From: Anthoceros angustus
Taxonomy: Eukaryota; Plantae; Anthocerotophyta
NCBI GenBank assembly: GCA_010909165.1
Contig: MU008188.1
Span: 682,001-746,000, forward strand
Length of the DNA stretch: 64,000 bases
Direction: 5' to 3'
The translations under genes were made by a program, and so were the position numbers. This document shows positions 62,678 through 64,000 of the stretch, piece by piece. Each line of letters starts with the position of its first letter. Position 1 is the first letter of the stretch. The notes under the pieces are model-generated. The model saw only the letters and a program-made list of their open reading frames with translations. It searched no databases and was not told the DNA's origin.

Positions 62678-63209
62678 GTAATAATACGATCGTATTGATC
62701 GATGTTTTCGTGTTTCACAAAACATTGAAACACAAGGAAGCACACATTGATGAGTTGACCCATATTCTTGTTGGTGCGCATACACTCCCACACCAAGTGA
62801 AACCGCTGACTAAGTTGCAAATTTTGGACATGTGTGGCCTATTCAAGAGGGGAAGGTCAAATGTATACCGCCGTAAGGAGACTAAACAATCTATCGCTCC
62901 AGCACCACCAAGATAACTCGGAGGAAAACAAGACAGAGGGCTAGTCACCGTAATCCAAGCAAGATTCAACGCCGCCTCATTGGGAAATGTTCGTGGTTAG
63001 AGTTCAAGTTCGCCCCATTGATGCCATTATCGCAAAGACCGATGATGGCATTGCGGGCGAGGGACAAGAAGGGCCGATCCGGGTTAAGGCCAATCAAGGA
63101 GTCGCCATTTGAAAGCCGGGCTTCGCTTTGAGGTCAGATGAGACAACATGAGCAACGTGTGGGAAGCTCGAAGGACCAAGAGGAGATTGTCCGCCATTGT
63201 GGAAAATAA

Positions 63210-64000
63210 TATCCGATTAGGTGCCGCAAGCTCGAGGAGATTGGACCACCAATCCGTGAACCCGGACCTTCCCCACGAGCGAAGGAGATAGGAGGAGGAA
63301 TAGGATGGTAGGCGATTAGGGCGTCTTGGTGCCACCGGCTCGAATAGGGTGTAATAAAGGCGCCGACCTTGCGTAGTATAAGAGTGAAATTGCTCTAAGT
63401 AAAGTATCTTTCTCTTGGTGTTGATGCGCGTTTCTTGCGGACCCTTGTGCGTCTTCTTAACGTGAGTCTGAGTCAGCGAGCACGGCGGCCGGAGGCCCGA
63501 TCAAGGTTACGGTGGACCCTAACGTGTGGTGGTGTGTGCGAGGGAAGGTGGCGGGGACCCGTGTTCGTCGAGCGGTGGCCCAGTCGAGCGGACGGGCAGT
63601 GTGAGCGGAGGACTCGGGAGGCGTGTAGAGCCGGACGGAGAGCCCGGCGAGCAGCGGAGGTCGGGATGTAGCCCGCGTTTTCCCTAAGGCCCGATGAGTG
63701 TAGCGTGAGTGGAGAAGAGCGGACTAGAGGTGCAAGTGACGTCTGAGTCTGACGCGACGGGTCCTTAAACGTTTAGCCACACACTGTCACGGTGAAGCGT
63801 TGCGAGTAGTTAGGCGGCGGTGATGAATGTGCGTTGAGTGAGCAGACGCAAAGTGAAGTGAGAATCGTCAACGGCAAGCGAACTATCATTCCCCAGGAGC
63901 GGACTCCTTCCTCTACGACACGGGATTGTCACCTGGCCCGTCCCGGTAGTCGCATACTGAGCACATGATCAGATTGATCAGATGTTTTCGTGTTTCACGA
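63210..64000 (+). repeat. Partial third copy of the family 4 LTR 3' end plus the same downstream flank
   Basis: Repeats ~61910-62718, including attgatc(a)gatgttttcgtgtttcac beyond the inferred LTR end. Confidence 0.8.

Noticed and set aside
1-64000. Pervasive frameshifts as evidence of old age, programmed frameshifting, or LTR-pair divergence for dating
   Set aside because: Differences between paired LTRs are dominated by 1-3 bp indels spread evenly, which is the pattern of uncorrected long-read error.
63210-64000. Independent third insertion of family 4
   Set aside because: It repeats copy B's end together with the same flank, so it is a local duplication or overlap artefact, not a new insertion.

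Overview
Eukaryotic land-plant DNA: it has spliceosomal introns, a neprosin-family gene and plant-type Ty3/gypsy and Ty1/copia elements. A non-seed plant is my inference. The sequence is full of small indels, which look like uncorrected long-read error, and has one N at 39026, so frameshifts cannot be read as true pseudogenisation. Positions 1-40 kb are a nested stack of three related non-chromoviral Ty3/gypsy retrotransposons (Athila-type TGGCGCCGTTGCCGGGGA PBS) plus a 5'-truncated copia. Their LTRs are very long (about 3.7-4.5 kb), and each LTR family carries a homologous protein-coding ORF inside the LTR. Positions 40-52 kb are low-copy and hold a neprosin-like peptidase gene (+) and a multi-exon gene (-) that appears to encode a ParB-like domain fused to a prokaryote-style beta-class amino (N6A/N4C) DNA methyltransferase. 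One ~1 kb exon of that gene is inverted between GC-rich palindromes, and a 4.3 kb solo LTR is inserted in an upstream exon. Positions 52-64 kb hold solo LTRs of a fourth family. Boundaries were read by eye and protein calls are motif recognition, not database searches.
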